A stretch of DNA of 20,000 bases from an uncultured virus (IMG/VR IMGVR_UViG_3300002138_000152) (IMGVR_UViG_3300002138_000152); one strand, 5' to 3'; counted from the first letter of the stretch, positions 1 to 9,512 are shown. The notes: a model not told the origin generated them from the letters alone. Numbers and translations are program-made.

Positions 1-1
1 T

Positions 2-202
2 TCTAAGCCACACACTACATTTTTTAGCACAATGCATGAAACAAGTAACAGTTTACGTTCGGAGTTCATACATGTAGGCGATAATACATGTACGGATATA
101 TGTGGAGCACATAACTATGGTATGCGCGCTTACGAATTGTCTAAAGTATATAACACAACACTAACTTATTTTTATAATGATTTAAAATCCGGTCAATTAT
201 AA
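2..202 (+). CDS. HAD-superfamily hydrolase, C-terminal part (5' truncated by window edge)
   Basis: Frame +2 reads SKPHTTFF...FIHVGDNTCTDICGAHNYGMRAY...SGQL*, matching HAD motifs III/IV (KP...HVGDN...D..GA...G). Not in the ORF track. Confidence 0.8.
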   Translation, partial: SKPHTTFFSTMHETSNSLRSEFIHVGDNTCTDICGAHNYGMRAYELSKVYNTTLTYFYNDLKSGQL

Positions 203-210
203 AAATATAA

Positions 211-247
211 ATAAAAAAGAAAGGGACCTTAAGGTCCCTTTTTTTAT
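211..247. terminator. Bidirectional intrinsic terminator between convergent genes
   Basis: Perfect palindrome AAGGGACCTTAAGGTCCCTT (221-240) flanked by an A-tract and a T-tract. Confidence 0.85.
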
Positions 248-253
248 TTCATA

Positions 254-319
254 TTTTTTGCTATTATGCTACGTTTTTTTTGCTATTATGCTACGTTTTT
301 TTTGCTATTATGCTACGTT
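254..319. repeat. Three tandem copies of a 22-bp unit (T6-8 GCTATTATGCTACG) overlapping the stop codon of ORF 308..886
   Basis: GCTATTATGCTACG occurs at 260, 282 and 304 (period 22). Confidence 0.9.
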
Positions 320-886
320 GTATGTAACAGTAAATGGTGTTGCAGTTACTGAATCAGCTTTATCAGCTACTGTATAATTAAAAGCATAAGCATCAGCAAT
401 AACTGTATCAGCTACAGTCATTGTACCAGCACCAGCATTAAATGTAAATCCAGCTGGTAAAGCTGTTAAATTAGCAAAAACAACTTTAGCTACAGTAGTA
501 ACAATACCATTACGTAATATATGTGTTGCAAGATCATCAACTAATTCAACACCAAGTGTTACAGGAACAATTGCATCCATTGCTGTTACAATTGGATATC
601 TATCATCGTCTGTTCCAACATTGTTATAAATATAAAGATTAATATCATTTGATGGAGCAATGTTAGTACTAATTACAGAAGCGCCAGGTTGTGTTGATGG
701 ATCTCCGGTTGGATTAATTGTTTGATTAACAATTGTTTTAGCGTCCAAATCAATTACATATTGTGTACGACGATTTGTAACAGGATTAACTTTACTTGTG
801 TAAAATATTTTTCCAATAGTAAGACCAGTAGCTGGTACAATTATTCTATCGTAGTAGGCTACTAGATATTTCAATTTTGTTATCAT
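308..886 (-). CDS. Hypothetical protein, possibly virion-associated, with an Ig-like C-terminal segment
   Basis: 192-aa ORF rich in T/V/A/N. The C-terminal LPAGFTFNAGAGTMTV...YAFNYTVAD resembles putative-Ig/cadherin-like beta-sandwich repeats. Confidence 0.6.
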   Translation of the reverse strand: MITKLKYLVAYYDRIIVPATGLTIGKIFYTSKVNPVTNRRTQYVIDLDAKTIVNQTINPTGDPSTQPGASVISTNIAPSNDINLYIYNNVGTDDDRYPIVTAMDAIVPVTLGVELVDDLATHILRNGIVTTVAKVVFANLTALPAGFTFNAGAGTMTVADTVIADAYAFNYTVADKADSVTATPFTVTYNVA

Positions 887-947
887 ATTGTGCAGATAGT
901 GCTTTTTTTTATATATTGTTTATTATGTTTAAAATAATGTTTAAAAT

Positions 948-979
948 GAAAATGCCTTGGATTAATCCAAGGCATTTTC
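948..979. terminator. 32-bp perfect palindrome, probable terminator of the minus-strand operon
   Basis: GAAAATGCCTTGGATT|AATCCAAGGCATTTTC. Confidence 0.7.
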
Positions 980-1044
980 TACAAAACAAATAATCCGAAT
1001 AAAAACAACTCGAATGTTTTTTAAATTAACAATTGTTAATTCAA

Positions 1045-1110
1045 TTATTTTTTTTGTGAGTAATGGTAAATACCTATTCCAATTACTGCTCCGATAATTA
1101 ATGTAATCAT
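1045..1110 (-). CDS. Putative 21-aa single-transmembrane microprotein
   Basis: MITLIIGAVIGIGIYHYSQKK*: ATG after an A-rich leader, hydrophobic Gly-rich helix followed by KK, co-oriented just downstream of the RNA ligase. Confidence 0.5.
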   Translation of the reverse strand: MITLIIGAVIGIGIYHYSQKK

Positions 1111-1136
1111 GTTTATATTTTATTTATTGTTAATAA

Positions 1137-2339
1137 TTAAACGCCAATCGTTAGGCGTTCTTGTTCAAAGTAAAATTTCTTTGCAATTTCCGAAATATAT
1201 TTTGCAACATCTTTAAGTTCAAATCCAGCATCTGAAATTACATCAGATTCTTCTTTTACAACATCATTGATAACTGCTTTAAGATAATCACCAAGACGTT
1301 TGCGATCAAGTAATCCACCGTTAATAATATCAAATGTTTCAGTTAGCATTTGCTCAAGTCTCCAAAATGGTGTCAATTTGTCAGCAAGATCTATAAGTGT
1401 GCGAACTTTTTCATCATCAACTGTATTAAGTGTTTTCGGTTTAGAACCACTTGCGTGTTTCTCACCTTTTGATTTGAAAATGTAACGTTCACCACGAAAC
1501 ATTCCAGTAAATACAAGACCCTCACCCACAGTACCATCAAGTCCAAAAGTTTTTGATACTGGACATTCATCTTCAACAGCAATAGTTTTTTCAATAATTA
1601 TATTCTGCATGAGTTCTGGATGTGCCATATCAATAAACATTGTAATGGTTGGATAATCAAGAATGTTATAGATTCTACCTTCATGTTTTCTTACATTTTC
1701 ATAATTTAACCATGTAGCAGATTCTTTTGGATCGTCTTCATTTACAACTTTTACACCGAAAATAAAAAAAGCTTTGTTAGAAATCTGTGATATACCAACA
1801 TTTTTTTGAATCCCTGGACCAACCCATTCACCATACATAGCAATTGAATGAGTTGTAAGATCAATATCATTATTTTTTGCAAGTTGTGTAAGTGATGTAG
1901 TAAACCATTCACGTTCACTATTTGCAAAAAATGCAAATCCTGCATTATCTGAAATACCTATTCTTTTTACTGATGATATAATACGGTTTAAAAAAGTATC
2001 ATCATTTTTTAATTTATCAACACCAAGTCTGATACCATCTTCAATTGTAAATGATCTTTTTGTATCGTTTGTAAATTTTACTTCAAAGATTTCACTTGAT
2101 CCTGGTGTAATAATATTTTTTCGTGCTTGAAACCATAATCCATCATTTTCATTGAAACATACACCAGCATTTGTTCCATGTAATTTTACAGTTCCAGTAA
2201 ATTCAATTACTGGCATCTGAATAGATGGATCGTAAGTTGGATCACCATTTACATCAGGCCCAGTATAAGATGCTCTTGATTTTATTGTGTGAACAATAGA
2301 TCTAAATTGTTCAATTGATGTAAATGCTATATGTTTCAT
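1137..2339 (-). CDS. Rnl2-family ATP-dependent RNA ligase
   Basis: Motif I KLHGTN, GEWVGPGIQK, FFIFGV, GEGLV and FKSK, plus a helical C-terminal domain as in T4 Rnl2-like ligases. Confidence 0.85.
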   Translation of the reverse strand: MKHIAFTSIEQFRSIVHTIKSRASYTGPDVNGDPTYDPSIQMPVIEFTGTVKLHGTNAGVCFNENDGLWFQARKNIITPGSSEIFEVKFTNDTKRSFTIEDGIRLGVDKLKNDDTFLNRIISSVKRIGISDNAGFAFFANSEREWFTTSLTQLAKNNDIDLTTHSIAMYGEWVGPGIQKNVGISQISNKAFFIFGVKVVNEDDPKESATWLNYENVRKHEGRIYNILDYPTITMFIDMAHPELMQNIIIEKTIAVEDECPVSKTFGLDGTVGEGLVFTGMFRGERYIFKSKGEKHASGSKPKTLNTVDDEKVRTLIDLADKLTPFWRLEQMLTETFDIINGGLLDRKRLGDYLKAVINDVVKEESDVISDAGFELKDVAKYISEIAKKFYFEQERLTIGV

Positions 2340-2377
2340 TGTTTAATTTTTTTGTTGTATTATTTTTTTAGAAATAG

Positions 2378-2860
2378 TTATTCACCACCACCGCCGTCGC
2401 CACCAGAATCGCCACCGCCATCAAAGTCTCCACCATCTGTATCACCATTGTCATAATCACCGCCATCGTAATCACCCGCATCAACATCAAAATTATCTAT
2501 GTCCGCTGAAATATCATTTTGCATATCAATTGATAGATTATCAATATCTACTGACGATGCATCTAAAGATTCAACACCGGCACCAGATAATTCCACTGGC
2601 ATTGTTTCACTTGTCGACCATGATACAGATGAAAAATCTGATACAGGTGTTGGAGAAGAATAATAGTAATAATTACCATTTGATTGTGTAATCATGTACC
2701 AATAAATAAAATCATCTACCGCTGCTGTAGAGTCATTTGATGTTCTATATGATTCAACTCTAATGGTCTGATCATTATTCTTGTTTGTTCCTAAGTTTGT
2801 ACAAGAATTTAATGTGATTACAAATAATGTAATCGTAAGTAATTGAAATATTTTTTTCAT
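2378..2860 (-). CDS. Predicted lipoprotein with an acidic Gly/Asp-rich low-complexity tail
   Basis: MKKIFQLLTITLFVITLNS-C lipobox; C-terminal DGGD-type repeats. Confidence 0.7.
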   Translation of the reverse strand: MKKIFQLLTITLFVITLNSCTNLGTNKNNDQTIRVESYRTSNDSTAAVDDFIYWYMITQSNGNYYYYSSPTPVSDFSSVSWSTSETMPVELSGAGVESLDASSVDIDNLSIDMQNDISADIDNFDVDAGDYDGGDYDNGDTDGGDFDGGGDSGGDGGGGE

Positions 2861-2872
2861 AATTTAATGTGT

Positions 2873-3448
2873 TTAGTGTTTGTTAATAACTTCTGCTTGT
2901 TCTTGTGTTGATGGATGTGTATGTACGTGTGCCTGTTCAATATTATGTTCTAATACTTCACATTTAACATGAATGTGTTCTATAACCATAAGTACTAATG
3001 CACCAAGTAAAAACATTCCATGTATCCACATCTGTTTTGATAAATCTTCCCATGTGATTTTTTCAGCATTGATAAAAGATTGTAATAAATGAATAGAGCT
3101 TACACCAACAAGAGAAGTAGCCATTTTTACTTTTAATAATCCAGAGCTTGATTTTTCAGCTGTTTCTTGATGGTCTTTAGTAATAAATGATGTATATGAA
3201 CCAGAAATAATCATTTTGATAAGGTTTGCTATCATAACAATATCAACTAGTTCCAAAATTATGAGCATTCCATCTTCTTTTGTAAATGTCATAGCATGTG
3301 AAACCATGTGAACAACATCTTTTGAGAACCAAAATAGATAAATACATTGTGCTATAATAAGCCCAAAGTAGAATGGAACAAGTAACCATTTACTTCCAAA
3401 AAGTGTTTTTTCAACACTTGTTTTTAATCGTTTTGTAAATTTAAACAT
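2873..3448 (-). CDS. yqhA: YqhA/UPF0114-family membrane protein
   Basis: SKWLLVPFYFGL, LELVDIVMIANL..MIISGSY..F and LKVKMATSLVGVSSIHLL..F are characteristic of UPF0114. Confidence 0.85.
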   Translation of the reverse strand: MFKFTKRLKTSVEKTLFGSKWLLVPFYFGLIIAQCIYLFWFSKDVVHMVSHAMTFTKEDGMLIILELVDIVMIANLIKMIISGSYTSFITKDHQETAEKSSSGLLKVKMATSLVGVSSIHLLQSFINAEKITWEDLSKQMWIHGMFLLGALVLMVIEHIHVKCEVLEHNIEQAHVHTHPSTQEQAEVINKH

Positions 3449-3456
3449 TTTTGATT

Positions 3457-4020
3457 TTATTTATGAATTATTCCTGTGAAATACATTGATAAGTAATCTG
3501 CAAGGCTTACGCGATCAGCTATACCCATAGCCTCAAAAGACCAATTATTGTTGATTTTTATTAAACGCCCAAAGAGTACACCTGTCTCAATTGCGAAGTT
3601 TTCGTCTAAATTATAATTAGTATCAACTTGTCCTGCGGTATTTATTATACGAATATAAGCGTCTTTAATCATACCAAAATTTTGACTACGCTCAACACCT
3701 TCATGAATAGTTACAACTATGATCATTTCAACAATGTCTGGTGTAACTTTTGCAAGATCTATTGTAAGTGTTTCATCATCACAGTCTTCAGATTTATCAC
3801 CATCTTGACAATCTCCACTATGTAATACGGTATTACATGGTGATTTAGTATTACCATAAAATACAAAATGTTCTTCTGTTGGAATAACTTTGTTTGTATT
3901 TAACATGAAAATGCTTACATCAAGATCAAATTTAGAACCGACTGGGCTTTTCCAACCTAATCCAATAGTAAATTGTTGATCTTTTACTGGTGTAGTGTCT
4001 CCTTTTTTTATATTAATCAT
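3457..4020 (-). CDS. terD: TerD-family stress protein
   Basis: IGLGW, FDLDVS, FVFYGN, HSGD..DG...DDE, VVTIHE...QNFG...AYIRI, W.F.A.G. Confidence 0.9.
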   Translation of the reverse strand: MINIKKGDTTPVKDQQFTIGLGWKSPVGSKFDLDVSIFMLNTNKVIPTEEHFVFYGNTKSPCNTVLHSGDCQDGDKSEDCDDETLTIDLAKVTPDIVEMIIVVTIHEGVERSQNFGMIKDAYIRIINTAGQVDTNYNLDENFAIETGVLFGRLIKINNNWSFEAMGIADRVSLADYLSMYFTGIIHK

Positions 4021-4072
4021 TTGTTTTGTATTTTGTTATGCAATTATACAATTTAATTTCTATCGATAGAAA

Positions 4073-5194
4073 TTAGCGTACCAATGTTTCTAATTTAAGA
4101 ACAGCATCCATCATAGATCGTTCAAGATCAGTACTTTGTGGAATATTTAAAATATCAATATTTTCAATTTTATGAATAAATTGATTTAAACTTTCTGTAG
4201 TCTCTTCATCAAAAACTTTACAGTAATTATCTTTGGTATCCAATTCTAGTAGTTTATTTTTTATTGTAAACTTTTCTTTTATTTTTTGATCTAATTCAGT
4301 AAATTCGTTTTTAATATAACTAATAAGTTTACTTTCATGTACAATTTTGAATGCATTAATATTTGGTATAAACACAAAGAATTTATTAGTGTTCTTAATA
4401 CAAAAAAGTTCACAATATGCAGAAGCCGAAACAAATGATGCTTGATAATTGACATTAAAAAGATTCTGTATTAATGGCGCCATTAATTTACGTTCTACAT
4501 GATAATCTTCATATGAATAATATTGTGATTTATCGTCTACATCAGCATTACATGCTTCCATAAATATTTCAGACGGAATATTATAACATAGTTCACGTTT
4601 AATTTGTGATTGAAAATTATTAAATGAACCAGTTTTTTTGAAACGAAAATCATTAAAATTATCAATCAAGCAATTATAAATTGAATTTAATTGAATTGAT
4701 ACACCCATATTATAAAACGATTTTATTTGATCAAATTTCTTCGGGTCATTAATCGTGATAGAATCAATTATAAGTGATATACGTGATAATTCATCTGTAT
4801 AGTGTTTACGATGCCCTATCATCACATTCATATACGATTCACTAGTCTTTTTCTTAGCACGAAGCAAATTAAGTAAGTAATCAGTATAATACATATGAAA
4901 TTGATCAAGCTTAGTAATTAATAATTCATTATTATTCTCAAAAGCATCGTGTATAAGTTGTATTTGTGAATAAATACGATCAATAATAGATGAATTATAG
5001 TACTGTTTAAAAATAAATAGTTTTGATACTTTTTGTTTTGAATCGGTTAAGTATTTACTACGTTGTATCTTTTCACGTTCGATTGGAGTAATTTCAGGCA
5101 CTTTTTGTTGTGCTTCAGGTAATGCGCGTGTACGTGTATTGTGTTCCCAACGCATAAAGTATTTTCTGAAAAATTCCATAAATTTTTTGGACAT
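4073..5194 (-). CDS. Hypothetical protein with a possible XpaC-like N-terminal region (TelA partner)
   Basis: 373-aa ORF adjacent to telA. LDQFHMYYTDYLLNLL resembles the XpaC 'F..YYL.....L' helix. Family call is tentative. Confidence 0.45.
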   Translation of the reverse strand: MSKKFMEFFRKYFMRWEHNTRTRALPEAQQKVPEITPIEREKIQRSKYLTDSKQKVSKLFIFKQYYNSSIIDRIYSQIQLIHDAFENNNELLITKLDQFHMYYTDYLLNLLRAKKKTSESYMNVMIGHRKHYTDELSRISLIIDSITINDPKKFDQIKSFYNMGVSIQLNSIYNCLIDNFNDFRFKKTGSFNNFQSQIKRELCYNIPSEIFMEACNADVDDKSQYYSYEDYHVERKLMAPLIQNLFNVNYQASFVSASAYCELFCIKNTNKFFVFIPNINAFKIVHESKLISYIKNEFTELDQKIKEKFTIKNKLLELDTKDNYCKVFDEETTESLNQFIHKIENIDILNIPQSTDLERSMMDAVLKLETLVR

Positions 5195-5226
5195 TGTTTA
5201 ACAGATTATTTGTTTATTTTGTATTA

Positions 5227-5234
5227 CAAATATA
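5227..5234 (-). promoter_or_regulatory. Bacteroidota-type -7 promoter box (TATATTTG)
   Basis: Matches TAnnTTTG about 33 nt upstream of the ATG at 5194. TATAATTG variants occur at 4041-4048 and 7376-7383 (minus strand), upstream of terD and the PRTase. Confidence 0.55.
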
Positions 5235-5247
5235 CAAAACAAATATG

Positions 5248-5290
5248 AAAAAAAGAAAGGCTAAACAATTTGTTTAGCCTTTCTTTTTTT
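5248..5290 (-). terminator. Intrinsic terminator downstream of telA
   Basis: 21-bp inverted repeat AAAAAAAGAAAGGCTAAACAA-T-TTGTTTAGCCTTTCTTTTTTT. Confidence 0.85.
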
Positions 5291-5301
5291 TCATGTATTT
5301 A

Positions 5302-6465
5302 TTATTTACTTACAGACTCGATTTGAAGAACTGTTTTCTCCATGTTTGTTTCAAGTTGTTGCAATTCTTTATCAGCATTACGACGTGCTTGTTCACCTTC
5401 TGACTTGATTTGTTTAATATCATTCAATGTAGCAACAAGATTGTTGTGTACTGTACGAAGTGTTTCAATTTCAACAATACCCTTTTCATTTTGACGAGCA
5501 ATTTCAACACTGTTAGTTTTTAACAATTCTGAGTTATTAACCAACATTTTATTAGTTGATTCATTGACATATTGTTGAATAAGAACCATTTTGTTTTGGC
5601 GAATGAGTGCTACAGCAATTGCTACCGATTGTTTCCAAATTGGCATTGTTGTCAATACTGTTTGTTGAATCTTCTCAGCCATCATTGTGTTATTATTCAT
5701 AACCAACTTGATTTGTGGAAGAGACTGCAATGTAATGAAACGTGTAGTTGCCATATCATGTAATCGACGATCAAGACCTGTTACAAAATCACGTTTTTCA
5801 GCAATTTCATAATCTTCATAATTATCAGCATTTGAAACCATTTCGTTAAGTTCATCGTCATGTTGTTCTTTTGAAAGATGACCAATAATTAACAACTCAT
5901 CAAGAGCGTGTACTTGTTTCACATTATCTTCAAAAAGCTTAGATAATTTCACATTATCATCAGTAATAGAAAGACGACCGAGTTCAAGTTTACGAATAAT
6001 AGTATCAACATTTCCTGAAACATCATCAAATTGATTCATGATTTTTTTAGCATTGAAAACTAAGCTACTAACTCCAGGAATTTTCATTAACATACGACGA
6101 AGTGGAGAAACTTTTGATGGATCAATATCAATTCGTTCCATTTTTCCAATAAGATCTGTAATAGTCCCACCAATTTCACCAGCATCAAATGCTTTAACAT
6201 TCTGTAAAAATGCAGTAGATGAAGCTGAAAGATTTTTCTGAACTTCAATACCATAATTCATAATTGCTGCTGGATCTTTTGTTGAAAGAGCTGTTGCTTT
6301 TTCAAGATACATTTCACGTTGTTCAGGTGTAAGTGCAGCAATTTTAATATTCCCTGTTGTCTTATCCTGTTGAAGAATGGACACATTCGCTTTTTTAGTT
6401 GTTGATTTAGATGTTTCAACTACTTCAGCATATGGTGTTACTTCTGTTTTTTTTTTGGTTCCCAT
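5302..6465 (-). CDS. telA: TelA/KlaA toxic anion resistance family protein
   Basis: IMNYG.EVQ, AGEIGGTITDL, LDRRLHDM...R....QSLPQIKLV..NN..MAEKIQ.....TMPIWK, IVEIETL; coiled-coil character. Confidence 0.9.
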   Translation of the reverse strand: MGTKKKTEVTPYAEVVETSKSTTKKANVSILQQDKTTGNIKIAALTPEQREMYLEKATALSTKDPAAIMNYGIEVQKNLSASSTAFLQNVKAFDAGEIGGTITDLIGKMERIDIDPSKVSPLRRMLMKIPGVSSLVFNAKKIMNQFDDVSGNVDTIIRKLELGRLSITDDNVKLSKLFEDNVKQVHALDELLIIGHLSKEQHDDELNEMVSNADNYEDYEIAEKRDFVTGLDRRLHDMATTRFITLQSLPQIKLVMNNNTMMAEKIQQTVLTTMPIWKQSVAIAVALIRQNKMVLIQQYVNESTNKMLVNNSELLKTNSVEIARQNEKGIVEIETLRTVHNNLVATLNDIKQIKSEGEQARRNADKELQQLETNMEKTVLQIESVSK

Positions 6466-6481
6466 GTTTTTTGGATATTTG

Positions 6482-7345
6482 TTATGTTGTTTGTAATTCT
6501 AAAATTAAAGCATTTTTTTTCGCAGCATCACGCATGATACTGAAATTTTTACTATAAGCTGGATTTTTGTAATAACCTTCACCAAGCGACATGCGGTAAA
6601 TAGTTTTTACTAAATTAAGATTAATTGATTGCATCAAATATTCGACATCAGATGCTGATTTCCATCCAAGAATCATTTTTGCTGTGCGAACGATAACTTG
6701 ATAATCACTATCATTTTCAATCAATGTTTTAAGGTCAGACAATTTTTCAATGAATGCTGAATTTAAATATGATTCAATAGTTGGATCTTCTTCTGGATTT
6801 AAAAGTTCTGCATAATAAACACACATACAGTTTGATTTGTCAACACCGTATGATGTTACCATTTCTTCAATTTTTTTCTGATGTGTACCAGTGATGAAGA
6901 TGTCATCAATAAAGATAATGAACTTGTCTTTACAGTATTCAGCATCAAATGTAAAACAGTCTTGCTCAAGAAGTTTTACACGTTTTTTTAATGACACTTT
7001 ACCGTAATCTGCAATGTATGGTAAATGACGATTGATTTTAGTGCGATGAATAAAATTACCATTCATCTCTGAAATTAATTCATTAAGACGACTAATAAAC
7101 TCATCAGTAATTAGTGATGCTGCATTACGCATATATTGATATGCTGATTCAGTTACAACAAGTTGTTTACTGTACAATAATTCGTAATATTTATTGTAGA
7201 ATGCTTCAGCTAGTTCTCGTCCGAACTGTTTACCAACAGTTCCACTTCCGTATTTTAAACGTGAATAATCTTCAATTGAAAATCGAATAGATTCTCTATT
7301 AGAAAATTGATGCAAAGAAAAGCGGTCTATTGAAAGATCGTGCAT
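6482..7345 (-). CDS. Ter-associated phosphoribosyltransferase (ComF-like/PRTase_3 type)
   Basis: PRPP-binding loop FIDDIFITGTH, YSRLKYG...FG.ELA and DPTIESYLN; lies next to telA/terD. Confidence 0.75.
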   Translation of the reverse strand: MHDLSIDRFSLHQFSNRESIRFSIEDYSRLKYGSGTVGKQFGRELAEAFYNKYYELLYSKQLVVTESAYQYMRNAASLITDEFISRLNELISEMNGNFIHRTKINRHLPYIADYGKVSLKKRVKLLEQDCFTFDAEYCKDKFIIFIDDIFITGTHQKKIEEMVTSYGVDKSNCMCVYYAELLNPEEDPTIESYLNSAFIEKLSDLKTLIENDSDYQVIVRTAKMILGWKSASDVEYLMQSINLNLVKTIYRMSLGEGYYKNPAYSKNFSIMRDAAKKNALILELQTT

Positions 7346-7419
7346 TTTTATGTTTTAATTAATTGTTTTGTATAGCAATTATACAAGCATAAAAATAAAT
7401 ACAAAAATTTGTATAAAAA

Positions 7420-8103
7420 TTAAAATTTAATGCGACTGTAAAATTTTAATGCTTTTTCTTGATCCATAGGAGAATCGATTAATACATATGTTTCATTTGT
7501 TGATTGTTTTGTATATTGAAATCCAATGAAATTAGAATATTCAGTACTTTTATAATCCATTGTAATAAAAATCTCATCAAGAGGTAAATATTCATTATAC
7601 AGAACATTTACATTATGAAATTTTCTAATCATTCCAATTAAATTTTGATGATTTTCTTCAGTGGTTGGTGAGATATAAATAATTGGATCCATTGATTGAT
7701 TTATTTTATGAAATAATTTATAAATCTCTCTACGTACAGTATTAACAACTTCAAGGTCGGCTGATGATACCAATAAACGATCAGTCGTATATGGTGATGG
7801 ATAATTGTGCTGCTGCATCGTATATGTTGGAAAAGTACTTACACCTTGAATGCGTATAAATTCTTTGATGTTATTTGTTAGAAAAGAAGCAATAAAATTA
7901 TTCCAATTAAAATTTGTATCTATTTTTATACCATTATTAATAATGTCAAATTCTTTTTCAATAAATTTTATTTCTAATGAACCCATTCCATTAATAAATT
8001 TTTGATCTATTGTTTGATTAATTGTTAATTCGGGTTCTTTCATATAAACCATCTTCATTCTATCGTATTCAGATACAAGTATTTTTATAAATTGCTTTTC
8101 CAT
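7420..8103 (-). CDS. Hypothetical protein
   Basis: 227-aa ORF co-oriented with its neighbours; no motif recognised. Confidence 0.6.
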   Translation of the reverse strand: MEKQFIKILVSEYDRMKMVYMKEPELTINQTIDQKFINGMGSLEIKFIEKEFDIINNGIKIDTNFNWNNFIASFLTNNIKEFIRIQGVSTFPTYTMQQHNYPSPYTTDRLLVSSADLEVVNTVRREIYKLFHKINQSMDPIIYISPTTEENHQNLIGMIRKFHNVNVLYNEYLPLDEIFITMDYKSTEYSNFIGFQYTKQSTNETYVLIDSPMDQEKALKFYSRIKF

Positions 8104-8119
8104 TATAAAGTAAATTTTG

Positions 8120-8152
8120 AACGGGTTACTCCATTTCTGATAGTAACCCGTT
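8120..8152. terminator. Stem-loop downstream of the recombinase (terminator or processing site)
   Basis: AACGGGTTACT / AGTAACCCGTT 11-bp stem with an 11-nt loop. No clear U-tract on the minus strand. Confidence 0.45.
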
Positions 8153-8173
8153 GTTTATTATGTGGTTAGTAAT

Positions 8174-9424
8174 TTATTCGTCATCATCTTCAAAATCAGA
8201 ACCAGCTCCGAAGAATAAAGCATTTGCATCCGTTGAATCCATATCATTGACAAAGATTTCATCATCATCTAATGCATCAATGTCACCTTTAGCTTCTTCT
8301 AAACGTCGTTCAATTTCTTCCATTTCTGTGATTGACTGATAACGGAAGTATTCGTTGATAATTGGTTGAAGTGCATCAAGAACATCTTTTGTGAATACTT
8401 TTGGTGTAAACAATTCAGCTCCTGCAATATGTTTTCCAAGGTGACGAATAAACCAACGATTTCCACCAGCTACAAAACGATCACCAACCATTTTACCTTT
8501 ACATATACCGACTTTTTCGAAGTTTTCTGCAATACACCAAGTATCAAGTCCAATGTATGGATTACATCCTGATTTGAATGAGATTTCAAATTTGACTTTC
8601 TTCGGTTTTGCCATACGGTTTTTCATCATCTTGGCTGTTACAACAAGACCTGATTGTCCAAGATCAAGGTCATCAAGTTCTCCAGTTTTCAATTTCGCTT
8701 TCGTAAGGAATGCGATAGAAGATGCTGAATAGAATAGACCTTCTCCACCTTTCATTTTGTCTTGTGGATACATATCCATTGTTTGATATGTGTGGTTTGT
8801 ACAAACCATTGGAATACCTAAGTAACCAAGATCTGAGTTAATGATACGGAAAAGTGAAGCTAAAGCTTTAGCTTTCGTAAAGTCAGCTTTTTCTTTTCCT
8901 GATTTAGCATCTTCAACTTCTTTACGTGAACCAAGTTGTCCAACTGAATCTAAGAAGATGATAAATTTTTGAACTTCTTTACCATTTGCTTTCTCTTCTT
9001 TCAAACCGTCAAGCATTTGTGTCAACCAAACTTTAACATCCTCAATAATGTTTGTTCGCATTAACATGAATTTATCTTCACTAATATCAATTCCATATCC
9101 TGGAAGTTGATCAAGTTCAATAGCATATTCTGTATCGATGTAAATTACACCGTAACCTTTTGCTTGTGCTTGTTTTGCAATTGAGTAACACAAGAATGAT
9201 TTACCAGTTCCTGATGGAGCTGCAAATACTGATATTCTATTGTCTGGTACACCGCCGTAAATATCTGCTGAAAATGCTGCATTTAATACATAGATACCTG
9301 TTCCAATTGTACCGCGCTGTTTTGATGTTTTTTCTGTCTCACGAATAACTGGCATCTTCTTAGTGATGCTGTCTGTAAGACCTGCAATGTCTTTAAAACT
9401 GAATTTTGCTTTTTCCTTTGCCAT
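8174..9424 (-). CDS. uvsX: Phage RecA/UvsX-like recombinase
   Basis: Walker A AAPSGTGKS, YIDTE, Walker B IFLDSVG, TNHTY, MKGGEG..YSAS and KNR; acidic tail. Confidence 0.9.
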   Translation of the reverse strand: MAKEKAKFSFKDIAGLTDSITKKMPVIRETEKTSKQRGTIGTGIYVLNAAFSADIYGGVPDNRISVFAAPSGTGKSFLCYSIAKQAQAKGYGVIYIDTEYAIELDQLPGYGIDISEDKFMLMRTNIIEDVKVWLTQMLDGLKEEKANGKEVQKFIIFLDSVGQLGSRKEVEDAKSGKEKADFTKAKALASLFRIINSDLGYLGIPMVCTNHTYQTMDMYPQDKMKGGEGLFYSASSIAFLTKAKLKTGELDDLDLGQSGLVVTAKMMKNRMAKPKKVKFEISFKSGCNPYIGLDTWCIAENFEKVGICKGKMVGDRFVAGGNRWFIRHLGKHIAGAELFTPKVFTKDVLDALQPIINEYFRYQSITEMEEIERRLEEAKGDIDALDDDEIFVNDMDSTDANALFFGAGSDFEDDDE

Positions 9425-9489
9425 TGAATTCCTTTAATTTTTATAACATTTATACTCAGTTTATTTTTTTTTGTTTGAAACTTCCACTG

Positions 9490-9497
9490 TATATTTG
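9490..9497 (+). promoter_or_regulatory. Bacteroidota-type -7 promoter box of the rightward operon
   Basis: TATATTTG in the divergent intergenic region with TTTG upstream. The same box occurs at 16688-16695, with variants at 14281-14288 and 17993-18000. Confidence 0.55.
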
Positions 9498-9512
9498 TGA
9501 AAACAATTGCAA

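Noticed and set aside
254..319. Possible CRISPR array
   Set aside because: The repeats are directly adjacent with no unique spacers, and no cas genes are present.
1024..1041. Palindrome AATTAACAATTGTTAATT as an operator
   Set aside because: It is almost all A/T, occurs once, and lies downstream of a gene, so it is expected by chance at this base composition.
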